Origin: an uncultured Acidobacteriota bacterium
GTDB taxonomy: Bacteria; Acidobacteriota; Polarisedimenticolia; J045
Length of the DNA stretch: 64,000 bases
Assembly (NCBI GenBank): GCA_963702425.1
Contig: CAVPCQ010000009.1
Location: 1-64,000 of the forward strand
Direction of reading: 5' to 3'
The notes beneath the pieces were generated by a model, which worked only from the letters and a program-made list of their open reading frames with translations, had not been told where the DNA came from and did not search any database. Shown here piece after piece: positions 22,286-32,282 of this stretch; the stretch's first letter is position 1, and every line of letters starts with the position of its first letter. The position numbers and the translations under genes were made by a program.

Positions 22286-23209
22286 ATGGATCGCGATCGG
22301 AAGCTGAAGCTCGAGGATCGCGCGGCGGTGGCGGTCCTGCGCGCCGCGGGCGCGCTCCCGCTCCCGTTTGCCGGGCGGATCGGCGCGGCGGCGGGGCGTC
22401 TGCTTGCGCTGGCGCGGGGAAGCCGCCGCGTGCGCGTGGCGCAGGTCAACGTCGACCTCTGCTTTCCGGACCGCCCGGCCGCGTGGCGCCGCGACGTCGT
22501 CACGCGGAGCCTCGTCCACGATGGCCGCGCCGTGATGGAGGCGGCGATCGCCTGGACCCGCGAGCCGGGAGCGCTGACGCGCTACTTCCATCCCAGCACC
22601 CGCGAGGAGCTCCTCACCGGGACGCTCGCCGCGGGCCGCGGCGTGCTGCTGCTGGTGCCGCACATGGGAGCGTGGGAGGTCGTCAACCACTACCTGACCG
22701 CGCGCACGCCGATGACGATCATGTACCTTCCCAACGAGCGCCCCGGGCTTGACGCGCTGATCCACGGCGGGCGCAACCGGCTCGGCGCGACGATGGTCCC
22801 GGCCAACGAGCAGGGCGTACGCGCGGTGCTCCGGACGCTGCGCGCGGGGGGCGTGTCGGCGGTCCTGCCCGACCAGGTTCCGGACCCTTCGGGCGGCGTC
22901 TTCGCCCCGCTCTTCGGGCATTCGACTCTGACCGCGACGCTGGCCTCCAAGCTGGTGCGGGTCTCGAAGGCTGCGGCGATCACGATCCTCTGCCTGCGGG
23001 ACGAGGACCGCCCGGGCTTCCACACGATCTTCCAGGCCGCGGATCCGCTGGTCTACGACGACGATCTCGTGGCCTCGGTGACCGGGATCAACCGCACGGT
23101 CGAGGCCGCGATCGCGCTCGCGCCGCAGCAGTACCACTGGGCCTACCGCCGCTTCAAGCGCCCGCCGCCCGGCGAGCGCGACCCCTATGCCGGGACGCTC
23201 CCGAGCTAG
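22286..23209 (+). CDS. lipid A biosynthesis acyltransferase (LpxL/HtrB family)
   Basis: PHMGAWE (HxxxxE), LPDQ, PLFG, P.QYHWAYRRFK. Confidence 0.9.
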   Translation: MDRDRKLKLEDRAAVAVLRAAGALPLPFAGRIGAAAGRLLALARGSRRVRVAQVNVDLCFPDRPAAWRRDVVTRSLVHDGRAVMEAAIAWTREPGALTRYFHPSTREELLTGTLAAGRGVLLLVPHMGAWEVVNHYLTARTPMTIMYLPNERPGLDALIHGGRNRLGATMVPANEQGVRAVLRTLRAGGVSAVLPDQVPDPSGGVFAPLFGHSTLTATLASKLVRVSKAAAITILCLRDEDRPGFHTIFQAADPLVYDDDLVASVTGINRTVEAAIALAPQQYHWAYRRFKRPPPGERDPYAGTLPS

Positions 23210-23961
23210 CGCGGATCGGGCAGCAGCGCCAGGATCCGTGCCGGCGCGCCGGTTCCGCCGCGGATCGGCAGCGGCAGGGCAACGACGAGAAACCCCCGCG
23301 CCGGCAGCGCGTCGAGCCGCGCCAGGTTCTCGAAGACGACGACGCCGCGCGGCAGGAGCGCACGGTGCGCCGCGAGGTCGGTCGAGTCGCCGGGGTCGAT
23401 CCCGGCGGTGTCGATGCCGACCGCGGCGACGGCCCGCTCGACCGCGAGCCAGCGCGCCGCCTCGCCGTCGAGGCCCGGGAAGGCGAGAGCCGCGGCGCCG
23501 GCTTCCGTGCGATCGGCCGTGCCGAGGTAGCGCGTCGCGTCGGGCCAGCGCGACGACCAGCCGGTTGCGACCAGCACGATCGAGCCCGCTCGCAGCGCGC
23601 CGTGCCGCGCCTCCCACTCCTCGAAGACGGCGCGCGTGACACGGGCCCGCGGATCGTCGCCGAGCGCGCGGCGGGCGTCGACGCACGCTCCCTCCGCGAC
23701 CAGTTGCTCGAGCGGCAGCGCGTCGATCGTCAGCCCCCCGGCGACGAGGTGCGCCGGCGCATCGACGTGCGTGCCGAAGTGCTCGGGAGAGGAGAAGCGG
23801 TGCGCGACGAGCCGTGTCCCGTCGGCGAGCTGCGCCTCCTCCGGCGCTCCGAGCCGGAACGGCGGCTCGCCGGGCCACGCGCAGCCGGCCGCATCGAGCG
23901 GGTGCGTCAGGTCGATCGCGCGGAAGCGGGGGAGGGGGGAGTCGGGCGGCTTCGCGGTCAT
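23206..23961 (-). CDS. cyclase family (kynurenine formamidase-like) metal-dependent hydrolase
   Basis: IDLTHPL, EHFGTHVDAPAH, GIDT, ENL, GGTGAPAR. Confidence 0.9.
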   Translation of the reverse strand: MTAKPPDSPLPRFRAIDLTHPLDAAGCAWPGEPPFRLGAPEEAQLADGTRLVAHRFSSPEHFGTHVDAPAHLVAGGLTIDALPLEQLVAEGACVDARRALGDDPRARVTRAVFEEWEARHGALRAGSIVLVATGWSSRWPDATRYLGTADRTEAGAAALAFPGLDGEAARWLAVERAVAAVGIDTAGIDPGDSTDLAAHRALLPRGVVVFENLARLDALPARGFLVVALPLPIRGGTGAPARILALLPDPR

Positions 23962-24001
23962 GGCCGCTCATCGTAGCGCGGACGGCGTGCATAATGCGGG
24001 C

Positions 24002-25051
24002 ATGCCCACCTACCGCGTGATCGTCGAGTACGAGGGGACGCGCTACCGGGGCTGGCAGGAGCAGGAGAACGCGCGCACCGTCGGCGGTGAGCTGCGGCGT
24101 GCGCTCGCCCGCGTCGCCGGCCCGGTGCTCGACCTGGGCGCGTCGGGGCGCACCGACGCCGGCGTGCACGCCCTGGGGCAGGTGGCTCACCTGCGGCTCG
24201 GGCGCTCGATCGATGCCGGCGAGGTGCGGCGCCAGGTGAACGACCTGCTGCCGACGGACATCGAGGTGCTGGCCCTCGAGCTGGCGCCGGAGCGGTTCCA
24301 CGCGCGCCACGACGCACTGCTCCGGAGCTATGTCTACCAGCTGTCGCGACGCCGCACTGCCTTCGCCAAGCCGTTCGTCTGGTGGGTCAAGCGCCCGCTC
24401 GACACGGCGAGGCTGCAGGAGGCCTGGTCGATGCTCGTCGGGCGGCACGATTTCGCCCGCTTCTGCGAGCAGCCGGCGTCGCACCCGAGCACGGTCGTCG
24501 TCGTCGACCGCGCCGAGGTCGCCGAGGACGGCGATCTCGTGCTGCTGCGCCTCGTGGCCTCGCACTTCCTGTGGAAGATGGTGCGGCGCCTGATCGGGAC
24601 CGTGGTCGAGGTCGGAGCGGGCGACCTGCCGTCCGACCTGTTCGGGCACCTGATCGCGGGCTATGAGTTGCCGGGGACGACGGGTGGACCCGCCGCGTGG
24701 ACGGCCCCCCCGTCGGGCCTCTTCCTCGAGCGCGCGATCTACCCCGGCGATCCGCCGCTGCCGGCGCTGGCCGCGATCACGCCCGTGCCGACGGCGCCGG
24801 TTGGCGCCTCCCCGCTGTCGATCAGGACAGCGAGCCGAGCCGGCTCACGACCTGCTCCCGGAAGAGAGCGTCGCGACGATAGATCCCGTGGCAGCGCCGG
24901 CAGACCGGCTGGGGCTGGCCCCCGAGATGTGGCTGGAGCGCCGCGCGGGAGCGCGCGGCCGCGGGACGGTGCTCCCCGCAAAGGGGGCACAGGAAGGCCG
25001 GGACCGCCGCGGCGTCCCCCAGGGCGTCCTCCGGGGCGTCCCGTTCGTTGA
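24002..25051 (+). CDS. truA: tRNA pseudouridine(38-40) synthase with Arg/Gly/Pro-rich C-terminal extension
   Basis: EYEGTRYRGWQ, SGRTDAGVHALGQV, FHARHDA, FLWKMVR, TAPPSGLFL. Confidence 0.93.
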   Translation: MPTYRVIVEYEGTRYRGWQEQENARTVGGELRRALARVAGPVLDLGASGRTDAGVHALGQVAHLRLGRSIDAGEVRRQVNDLLPTDIEVLALELAPERFHARHDALLRSYVYQLSRRRTAFAKPFVWWVKRPLDTARLQEAWSMLVGRHDFARFCEQPASHPSTVVVVDRAEVAEDGDLVLLRLVASHFLWKMVRRLIGTVVEVGAGDLPSDLFGHLIAGYELPGTTGGPAAWTAPPSGLFLERAIYPGDPPLPALAAITPVPTAPVGASPLSIRTASRAGSRPAPGRERRDDRSRGSAGRPAGAGPRDVAGAPRGSARPRDGAPRKGGTGRPGPPRRPPGRPPGRPVR

Positions 25052-27143
25052 GCGGGCACGAGGCGTCACCGAGCACGGTCGCCAGGGCCGCCGCCTGGGC
25101 CGGCGACGGGTGCGCCGCGAATCGACCGGGCCAGTTGCGCACGAAAGCCTCGGCCTCGGGGCCGGCGGGGAAGGGCCGGCGGTCGTTCTCCGGCGCGGCG
25201 AGGCGGCGCGGTTGCTCCGGGCAGCGCGCTTCGCAGCGCGCGAGGCAGACGTCGAAGAGCAGCGACAGCGTGGCTCGGGTGAGGTCCTGGACCAGCCGCC
25301 CGAGGCCGGCATCGTGCGCGGGGGGCGACCAGCCGAGATCGTGCAGCAGGGCCTCGTAGTCGTCCCGCAGCTCGCCGGCGAGCGCGTCGCGAGCGGCGGC
25401 GTCGGCGGCGCGGATCGCGTCCCGGCCCGCGAGCCAGCGTGTCGCCACCCGCGTTCCCGCCTGCGCCAACGCGAACGCGGCGTCCTGCACGCGATCGTCG
25501 TGCGGCCGTTCGCGCGGCGGCAGGCGTGAGGCCCAGACCTCGAAGGCGCGCATCAGGATCCACGCCAGGTCGACGGCGAAGATCCGCGCCTTGGTCGGCC
25601 GGCGACGGCCGAGCATCATCCCCATCACGGCGGTCCGCGAGGGGACCTCGGAGTGCGGGGCCAGGAAGTAGTGCCCCGGGTGGAGGCTCTCCCGGACCAG
25701 CCGGCGCACGAGCGGGACATCGGCGAACTGCCCCCTCGCCAGCGCCCCGGTCACCGCCAGGGCCGTCGCCGCCTGTTCGCCCTCGCCGGCCGCGAGATGA
25801 GCGACCGCGTTGTGGGCCAGCAGACGCGTCAGGCGCCGTGCTTCACCCGCGCGCCGGAGCGCCTCGGCGGCGCAGGTCACCGTCGCCTCGTCCGGCGGCG
25901 CGCTGGGCCGGGGCCGCGCCAGCAGCCCGAGTCGAAACTCGTCGAGCACGTGCTCGCCGGCGTCGTAGCACCAGTCGGCGTAGCCCGGCGCGTCGAGCAA
26001 CCGATCCGAGCGCGCGAGCAACGCGGCTGGCGCGGGCTCGGACGGCGCGCGCGGCTCGGCCGAGCGCGGCGCCAGGTCGGCCAGCGGATCGAGCAGCCGG
26101 CGCGCCACGCTGTGATCGCGCGGCGCGGTGCGCCCGTCGCGCAGGTCGGCACGCTCGGCCTCGATCAGCATCGCCCACGCCGCGGGGACCGGGATCTCGA
26201 ACAGCAGCGGCCCCTCAGCGGCCTCGTCGTGCACGGCCAGGCTGTCGTACCGTCCCACCTCGTGGCCCGCGAGCGAGAGCGCGTCGCGCACCCCGGCATC
26301 GAGACTGAGGAGGAAGAGCGCCGAACGCGGCCGCAGCCCCGGACGCTGGAAGTCGAACCGCAGCGGGAAGACCCCCGTTCCGTCGCAGAAGCCGACCCGT
26401 GCGGACCACCCATCCGGAACGTGCAGCGGATCGGCCTCTGCGGCCAGCACGGCCAGCGCGCCGGTGATCAGGTCGCGCTCGTCGGACCCGCGCGGCACCA
26501 CGCGCCGCAGGCCGGCGCGTGCGGCCGCGTGCGCGGTGCGGGCCAGCGCCTCCAGCAGGAAGAGCCGCAGCGCCGGGTCGCGTTCGACCTCCAGCAGCAT
26601 CTCGAGCATCCCGGCGCGCGCCTCCGGATCGTGCAACTCGTCGTCCTGCAGCGCAATCCAGCCGGCGCGCTCATCGCGCGGGGCGAGCTGGTAGAGCCGG
26701 GCGAGCGGATAGCGCAGCGCCGGCTCCTCGGCGACGAAGCGGGCCTGCCAGCGCAGGACGAGCGCGGTGACGTCGTCGGCGCTGAGCAGGTCGGGCTGGT
26801 CGTGGCCGAGCAGCACCAGGGCGCACGCGACGCGCGCCGACTCGGGGGCGCCGGGGTCGTTGGCGACGGCGGCCAGCGCGGCGTCGTCCTCGCTCCGCGC
26901 GAGCCGCCCCAGCACCTCGAGCGCGGCGACCTCGTCCGCGACGCGGCCCTCCCGGTGCAGGAGGAGGATCTGCCGCACGGCGAGGCTGCGGCGCTTCGAC
27001 AGCTCCGAGAGGGCCCGGTCGAACTGCGCGCCGCTCCAAGCCGGGTGACGCATGAGATCGCCGAGCAGATTGCGCACCGCTCGCCGTGCCGCGAAGGGAG
27101 ACTGATCGAGCCTCCCCGCGTCCCCACCCCCGACCCGACCCAT
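24822..27143 (-). CDS. large hypothetical protein, alpha-helical, with C-terminal Cys motifs
   Basis: 773-aa ORF with protein-like composition that fills the gap between truA and the GWxTD gene. Cys motifs CLARCEARC, CPLC and CRRCH. The start may be ATG 27053. Confidence 0.65.
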   Translation of the reverse strand: MGRVGGGDAGRLDQSPFAARRAVRNLLGDLMRHPAWSGAQFDRALSELSKRRSLAVRQILLLHREGRVADEVAALEVLGRLARSEDDAALAAVANDPGAPESARVACALVLLGHDQPDLLSADDVTALVLRWQARFVAEEPALRYPLARLYQLAPRDERAGWIALQDDELHDPEARAGMLEMLLEVERDPALRLFLLEALARTAHAAARAGLRRVVPRGSDERDLITGALAVLAAEADPLHVPDGWSARVGFCDGTGVFPLRFDFQRPGLRPRSALFLLSLDAGVRDALSLAGHEVGRYDSLAVHDEAAEGPLLFEIPVPAAWAMLIEAERADLRDGRTAPRDHSVARRLLDPLADLAPRSAEPRAPSEPAPAALLARSDRLLDAPGYADWCYDAGEHVLDEFRLGLLARPRPSAPPDEATVTCAAEALRRAGEARRLTRLLAHNAVAHLAAGEGEQAATALAVTGALARGQFADVPLVRRLVRESLHPGHYFLAPHSEVPSRTAVMGMMLGRRRPTKARIFAVDLAWILMRAFEVWASRLPPRERPHDDRVQDAAFALAQAGTRVATRWLAGRDAIRAADAAARDALAGELRDDYEALLHDLGWSPPAHDAGLGRLVQDLTRATLSLLFDVCLARCEARCPEQPRRLAAPENDRRPFPAGPEAEAFVRNWPGRFAAHPSPAQAAALATVLGDASCPLNERDAPEDALGDAAAVPAFLCPLCGEHRPAAARSRAALQPHLGGQPQPVCRRCHGIYRRDALFREQVVSRLGSLS

Positions 27144-27269
27144 GGGAGGGAGAATAGCCCCCCCGCGGCCGGTGCACCAACGCGAGCCAGCCGGCCCGGG
27201 CCGGTGGTAAAGTGACCGACCCGCGCCGGCGCTTCCCCCCGCTCGACCGGCGCCACGAGGTCGAACCCG

Positions 27270-28772
27270 ATGAGTACGCTCGCGAGGACCGCCGGCGTGG
27301 TGGCGTTGGCCGCCGTGATTTTCGCTTCCGCGTGGGCCGCCGATACCCCGCCCCCCGCCAAGCCCACCGTCCCCGCGGCGCCGCGCGCGTCGTTGCGCGA
27401 ATCGCAGGACCGGCCGGTCCTCGCCTTCGCGCAGGGGCCGGCCTCGCTGCTTCTGACCCCCGAGGAGGTCCTGGGCTACTCCAAGCTGGTCGACCTCGGG
27501 CAGCGACGCGGCTTCATCGAGCGCTTCTGGGCTTCGATGGCGACCAACTGCATGCCGGGGACGAACCCGGTGCGCGACCTGTTCTGGCAGCGGGCCGGCG
27601 AGGCACTGGCCACCTACGGCGACGAGGGGCTTCCCGGCTGGGCGACCGACCGCGGGCGGATCTTCCTGCTCGCCGGGGCCCCGGAGCGCGAGGAGTTCTT
27701 CGATGCCAAGTCCCCTTGGGGCGACGCCAAGGGGATGGTCTGGTTCTTCCCCGACCGGCCCGGGGTCCCTCCCGAAGTCTATTTCGTCCAGCAGCGCGGG
27801 CGCTGGGTTTACGCCGGATCAGACGAGAAGGGGGGCGCGGCGCGCCCCGGTTTCCTCGGCCCTCAGCAGTGGGCCAGCACGGTCCAGGGGATGGCGGCGA
27901 CGTTCCGCCGGCAGGGCTGCGTGCTCACCCCCGAGCAGGCGGCGGAGCGCGCCAAGGGCGCGTGGCGTGGGACCCTCTACGAGGATGCGGGGAAGGTCCT
28001 GGCCGGCGAGAAACCCGTGGTCGCGCAGCCGGTGGAGCCCCAGGCCTACTTCTTCCCGGCGGAGGGCGACTCGACGCTGATCTGGCTCTCCGTACCGCTC
28101 GACGCACCGCTCCCGGCCGGCTCGAAGCTGGTCGCGATGCTGCGCAACGACGCCGGCGACGACATCGCCTACGCCCTGGGGACCGAAGACTTCCCGTTCG
28201 CGGTGCGGCCCTCCGGCGAACGGCAGGTCGGGCTCGCCGCCCGCCCGCTGCCTCCCGGCCGGTACGCGCTGGTGATCGGCCGCACGGCCGAGGACGGATC
28301 GACCACGCTGCTCCACGCCGGCCAGCAGATGGTCGCGCGCCTGCCGCTCGACACGCTTCGCACCACCAGCGTCGTGCTGGCCCAGGAGGTCAGCGAGATC
28401 CCCGCGGGTGCGGCCAAGGATCCGTTCCAGATCGGAATGTGGAACGTCCTTCCGCGCGCCGACCGCGTGATCAAGCGCGGCGACAAGTTCTGGTTGGTCT
28501 ACAAGGTGCTCGGGGCAGGGAAGGACGCCTCCGGGCAGAACCAGCTGCAGGTGACCTACCAGTTCCGCGGTCGGATGCAGCCGGCCGCCCCGTGGCAGCC
28601 GATCGGCCAGCCGATCGTCCGGGACCTGACCTCCGACACGACCGCGATCGAGTTCCCGACCAGCCCGCAGTGGCCGACGACCGCCGAATACAAGGTCGAG
28701 ATCCAGGTCGCCGACAAGCTCGCGGGCGGGGCGCCGTTCAAGATGGAAGTCCCCTTCACGGTCAAGCCGTGA
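27270..28772 (+). CDS. GWxTD domain-containing secreted protein
   Basis: Signal peptide; LLLTPEE..FIERFW..NP..F.QR..A...Y..GLPGWATDRGRIFLLAGAP. Confidence 0.88.
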   Translation: MSTLARTAGVVALAAVIFASAWAADTPPPAKPTVPAAPRASLRESQDRPVLAFAQGPASLLLTPEEVLGYSKLVDLGQRRGFIERFWASMATNCMPGTNPVRDLFWQRAGEALATYGDEGLPGWATDRGRIFLLAGAPEREEFFDAKSPWGDAKGMVWFFPDRPGVPPEVYFVQQRGRWVYAGSDEKGGAARPGFLGPQQWASTVQGMAATFRRQGCVLTPEQAAERAKGAWRGTLYEDAGKVLAGEKPVVAQPVEPQAYFFPAEGDSTLIWLSVPLDAPLPAGSKLVAMLRNDAGDDIAYALGTEDFPFAVRPSGERQVGLAARPLPPGRYALVIGRTAEDGSTTLLHAGQQMVARLPLDTLRTTSVVLAQEVSEIPAGAAKDPFQIGMWNVLPRADRVIKRGDKFWLVYKVLGAGKDASGQNQLQVTYQFRGRMQPAAPWQPIGQPIVRDLTSDTTAIEFPTSPQWPTTAEYKVEIQVADKLAGGAPFKMEVPFTVKP

Positions 28773-28848
28773 GCCGGGGCGCCGGGTGCCGGCCAGCCTG
28801 GCCGGCCGGGCGATGGGAGAAGCGCGCGACGCGAGGAGAGAGGACGAC

Positions 28849-29115
28849 ATGACTGACGACGCACCGGGCGCGTGGCACTGCAGCCGCTGCGGTAACGCGG
28901 GAGAGCGCCTTCCCTTGCCGCCGTGGCCGGGAGCGCTTGGCCGCCGCGTGCTGGACACGATCTGCAGGGGCTGCTGGGACGAGTGGATGTCGGTGCAGAC
29001 GAAGATCATCAACGAATACCGGCTCAACGTGCTGGATCCCGGGGCCTCGGCTTCGATCAAGGAGCAGATGCAGATCTTCCTCGGTTTCAAGGAACCGGAG
29101 CCGCGCGCGGAGTAG
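28849..29115 (+). CDS. yggX: Fe(II)-trafficking / oxidative damage protection protein (YggX family)
   Basis: PPWPGALGRRVLDTICRGCWDEW...QTKIINEYRL; GAGAGGA RBS upstream. Confidence 0.88.
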   Translation: MTDDAPGAWHCSRCGNAGERLPLPPWPGALGRRVLDTICRGCWDEWMSVQTKIINEYRLNVLDPGASASIKEQMQIFLGFKEPEPRAE

Positions 29116-29391
29116 CGTGACGATCCTCCGGGGCGTGAGCGACGAAATGCAAAATCGTGCGGTGAATATGCAGCACGAAGTGGATTCGACCACGCCTGAC
29201 ACGCGGGTGATCCGGCTAGCCTGCTCCACAGATCCTCTAAGTAAGGAAGCGTGCCACGCCCGGGTCCCCCTCCCCCTAACCCGGCCGGCGGCGCTTCCAA
29301 GACGTTCCGCGTTCCAGGCCCTCCGGTGTGCTTCTCCCCGAAGCCCCGCCGGAGGGTCGCTTTCTTTCTGCGCCAGACGGGCGACCTGCGC

Positions 29392-30597
29392 ATGAAGGGC
29401 GACCCGCAGATCGTGCGCAAGGGCTTCGGCCTGAAGCAGGAGATCGCCGGGCAGCTCTCGTCCGACTACGCGTCGGAGCTCGTCGACCGCGCGCGCGCCG
29501 CCGACTACCGCCTGGTCTGGCCGGGGCTCGCGGTGCGGATCGCCAAGGAGTTCGGTTTCTGCTACGGCGTGGAGCGGGCGATCGACTACGCCTACGAGAC
29601 GCGCAAGAAGTTCCCCGACCGGCGACTCTTCCTGACCGGCGAGATCATCCACAACCCGCGCGTCAACCTCCGGCTGCGCGAGATCGGCTACCAGTTCCTC
29701 GACGGCTCGTACGGCTCCGTGATGAGTCATCGCGACCTGACGCCGGACGATATCGTGCTGCTGCCCGCCTTCGGGGTGACGACCGGCATGCTCGACGAGC
29801 TGAAGCAGGTCGGCTGCCTGCTGGTCGATACGACCTGCGGCTCGGTGCTGAACGTCTGGCGCAACGTCGAGAAGTACGCGCGGGACGGCTTCACCTGCCT
29901 GATCCACGGCAAGTGGAAGCACGAGGAGACGCGTGCCACCGCGAGCCGCGCCCTGATCTACGCTACGGGCCGGTACCTCGTGGTGCTCGACATGCTCGAG
30001 ACCGAGCAGGTCTGCCGCTACATCCGCGGCGAGGGGGACCGGGCGGAGTTCCTCGCACGCTTCGCCAACGCGGTCTCGGCCGGCTTCGACCCCGCGCTCC
30101 ACCTCGACCGGATCGGGATGGCGAACCAGACGACGATGCTCTCGACCGAGTCGATGGCGATCGCGAACCGGGTGCGCGACGCGATGCGCGTGCGCTACGG
30201 CGAGCAGGACCTGGCGGCTCGCTTCCGGAGCTTCGACACGATCTGCTCCGCGACCCAGGACCGACAGGACGCAGTCAAGGCGCTGCTCGCCGACCCGCCG
30301 CAGCTGATGATCGTCATCGGGGGGTTCAACTCCTCGAACACCGGGCACCTGACCGAGATGTGCGCCGAGCGGGTGCCGACGTTCCACATCGAGGAAGCCG
30401 GCCACATCGAGACCGGCGAGCGGATCGTCCACCTGCCGGTCGCGGCCCGGACACCGGTCGTCGCTGAGGGGTGGTGGCCGGCCGACGTGATCGACATCGG
30501 GATCACGGCCGGGGCTTCGACCCCGGACCGCGAGATCGGGCGGGTGATCGAGCGGTTGCTGCAGATCCGGGGGATCGCGGACGGCACGCCGGGCTGA
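29392..30597 (+). CDS. ispH: 4-hydroxy-3-methylbut-2-enyl diphosphate reductase
   Basis: FGFCYGVERAI, EIIHNP, VDTTC, HEET, NQTT, DTICSATQDRQ, SSNT, GITAGASTP. Confidence 0.96.
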   Translation: MKGDPQIVRKGFGLKQEIAGQLSSDYASELVDRARAADYRLVWPGLAVRIAKEFGFCYGVERAIDYAYETRKKFPDRRLFLTGEIIHNPRVNLRLREIGYQFLDGSYGSVMSHRDLTPDDIVLLPAFGVTTGMLDELKQVGCLLVDTTCGSVLNVWRNVEKYARDGFTCLIHGKWKHEETRATASRALIYATGRYLVVLDMLETEQVCRYIRGEGDRAEFLARFANAVSAGFDPALHLDRIGMANQTTMLSTESMAIANRVRDAMRVRYGEQDLAARFRSFDTICSATQDRQDAVKALLADPPQLMIVIGGFNSSNTGHLTEMCAERVPTFHIEEAGHIETGERIVHLPVAARTPVVAEGWWPADVIDIGITAGASTPDREIGRVIERLLQIRGIADGTPG

Positions 30598-30611
30598 GCG
30601 AGCGCGCGGCG

Positions 30612-32282
30612 CTACGCGAGCCCCCGCTCCACCCGCGCCAGCGCCGCGTCGCTGCGGCTCCGCGCCGCGTCCAGCGCCGCGTCGAGCCGGGCGAGCCAGG
30701 CGGTGCGTTCCGATGCGTCGGGCAGGCCCGGGAGGTTGATCCGCACGTTGAGCGCGGCCCCCTCGGCGGCGGACCGGGCGCACCAGGCGGCGACGCCGAC
30801 GTCGGACATCGCGGCCGTCATCCCGATCGTGGCGACCTGCTCCACGAGCGCCCCGAGCGCGGCCGCGGCCTCCGCGACCGACAGCGGGACCTCGATCGCG
30901 CGCCGCGTCGCGGCCACGATGGCCGCCTCGCGCGCCGCCTGCTGCGCCTCGGTCGCCTTCGGCAGGCGGCGCGCGGCGACGATCCCGTCGAACGCCGCGC
31001 TGTCGTCGTCGATCGCGACCAGGAGCCGGTCTTTCAGTGTCTGGGCCTCGCTTCCGAGCGACTCCAGCGCGGCGCGGCGCGCCGCATCGGCCCCACCGTG
31101 GGTCAGCGCGGCGACCATCGCGGCCAGGCCCCCGGCCAGCGCGCCGGCCAGTGCCGAGACCGAGCCGCCGCCGGGCGCCGGGGTCGAACGCGACAGCTCG
31201 TCGGCGAAGCCGACGAGCGAGCGGCCGGAAAGGCCCCGCTCGCGCGGCGCGAGGCGGTACTCGATGACCGCGCTCGCCGGGTCGAAGGGCTTGACGTCGT
31301 CGAGCCCGAGGCTGGTGCGCGCCGCGCGCACGAGGTCGGGTTCCGGCACGGCGGGGCTCTTCCCCTGGACGGCGAGATAGTGCCGCCCGGCCGCGAGCAG
31401 CGCGTCGAGCGGGATCAGCCCGACCAACTCGGAGCCGGTGACGCGCAGGCCGCGGGCCCGCGCCTCCTCGCGCACGACGTCGAAGGCGACGTGCGGCGGG
31501 GTGACCGTGAAGTCGAGCAGGTTGATCGAGACCTGCGCCCGCCCGAACTCCGGGATGAACCAGCCGACCGCGCGGACCGCGGGAAGGCGGCCCGGCTTCA
31601 GTACGTCGTTGCCGGAAGCGTCCTTGAGGAACTTCCCGTCCGGTCCGCGGGCCTTGCGCCCCTGCTCGCGGATCTCGAGCGCGATCTCGTGGGCCAGCTT
31701 TCTGTCGTCGGTGTTGAGGTCGACGTTGTAGGCGATCAGGAACGGCCGCGCGCCGACGACGGTCGCCCCGGACCGCGGATCGAACTCGGCACGGCCGAAG
31801 TCGGGCGCCCAGTCCGGGTCCGCCAACCGGGCGGCCAGCCCCTCGTATTCGCCCTTGCGGATCTCGGCCAGCGACTGCCGCGCGGGGCGCGTCGCCGCGC
31901 GCTCGTAGAGGTAGACCGGGATCGCGAGTTCCTCGGCGATCCGCCGGCCGACCGCGCGCGCCAGCGCGACGCAATCGTCCATCGTCGCCCCGCCCCCGAC
32001 CGGCACGAAGGGGACGACGTCGACCGCGCCGATCCGCGAGTGGGCTCCGTGGTGGGCGCGCATGTCGATCAGCCGGGTCGCGCTCGCGGCCAGCCGGAAG
32101 GCAGCCTCACCGACCGCGTCGGGCGCGCCGACGAAGGTGAAGACCGTGCGGTTCGTCTCGGCTCCCGGATCGACGTCGAGCAGTTCGACCCCGGGGACCT
32201 CGCGGACCGCCGCGGCGACGGCGTCGAGGACCGCGCGATCGCGCCCCTCGGAGATGTTCGGTACGCATTCGATGACTTTCAC
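30612..32282 (-). CDS. ftcd: glutamate formimidoyltransferase / formiminotetrahydrofolate cyclodeaminase (bifunctional)
   Basis: IECVPNISEGRD, GAVDVVPFVP, IRKGEYEGL, GSELVGLIP, PAPGGGSVSA, NVRINL. Confidence 0.94.
   Translation of the reverse strand: MKVIECVPNISEGRDRAVLDAVAAAVREVPGVELLDVDPGAETNRTVFTFVGAPDAVGEAAFRLAASATRLIDMRAHHGAHSRIGAVDVVPFVPVGGGATMDDCVALARAVGRRIAEELAIPVYLYERAATRPARQSLAEIRKGEYEGLAARLADPDWAPDFGRAEFDPRSGATVVGARPFLIAYNVDLNTDDRKLAHEIALEIREQGRKARGPDGKFLKDASGNDVLKPGRLPAVRAVGWFIPEFGRAQVSINLLDFTVTPPHVAFDVVREEARARGLRVTGSELVGLIPLDALLAAGRHYLAVQGKSPAVPEPDLVRAARTSLGLDDVKPFDPASAVIEYRLAPRERGLSGRSLVGFADELSRSTPAPGGGSVSALAGALAGGLAAMVAALTHGGADAARRAALESLGSEAQTLKDRLLVAIDDDSAAFDGIVAARRLPKATEAQQAAREAAIVAATRRAIEVPLSVAEAAAALGALVEQVATIGMTAAMSDVGVAAWCARSAAEGAALNVRINLPGLPDASERTAWLARLDAALDAARSRSDAALARVERGLA

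Noticed and set aside
24870-24900. CRRCH as a c-type heme motif in the 773-aa protein
   Set aside because: No signal peptide is seen, and an upstream CPLC partner makes a zinc ribbon more plausible.
29236-29258. Sigma54 promoter (TGGCACG on the minus strand)
   Set aside because: The -12 TTGC element is absent at the required spacing.
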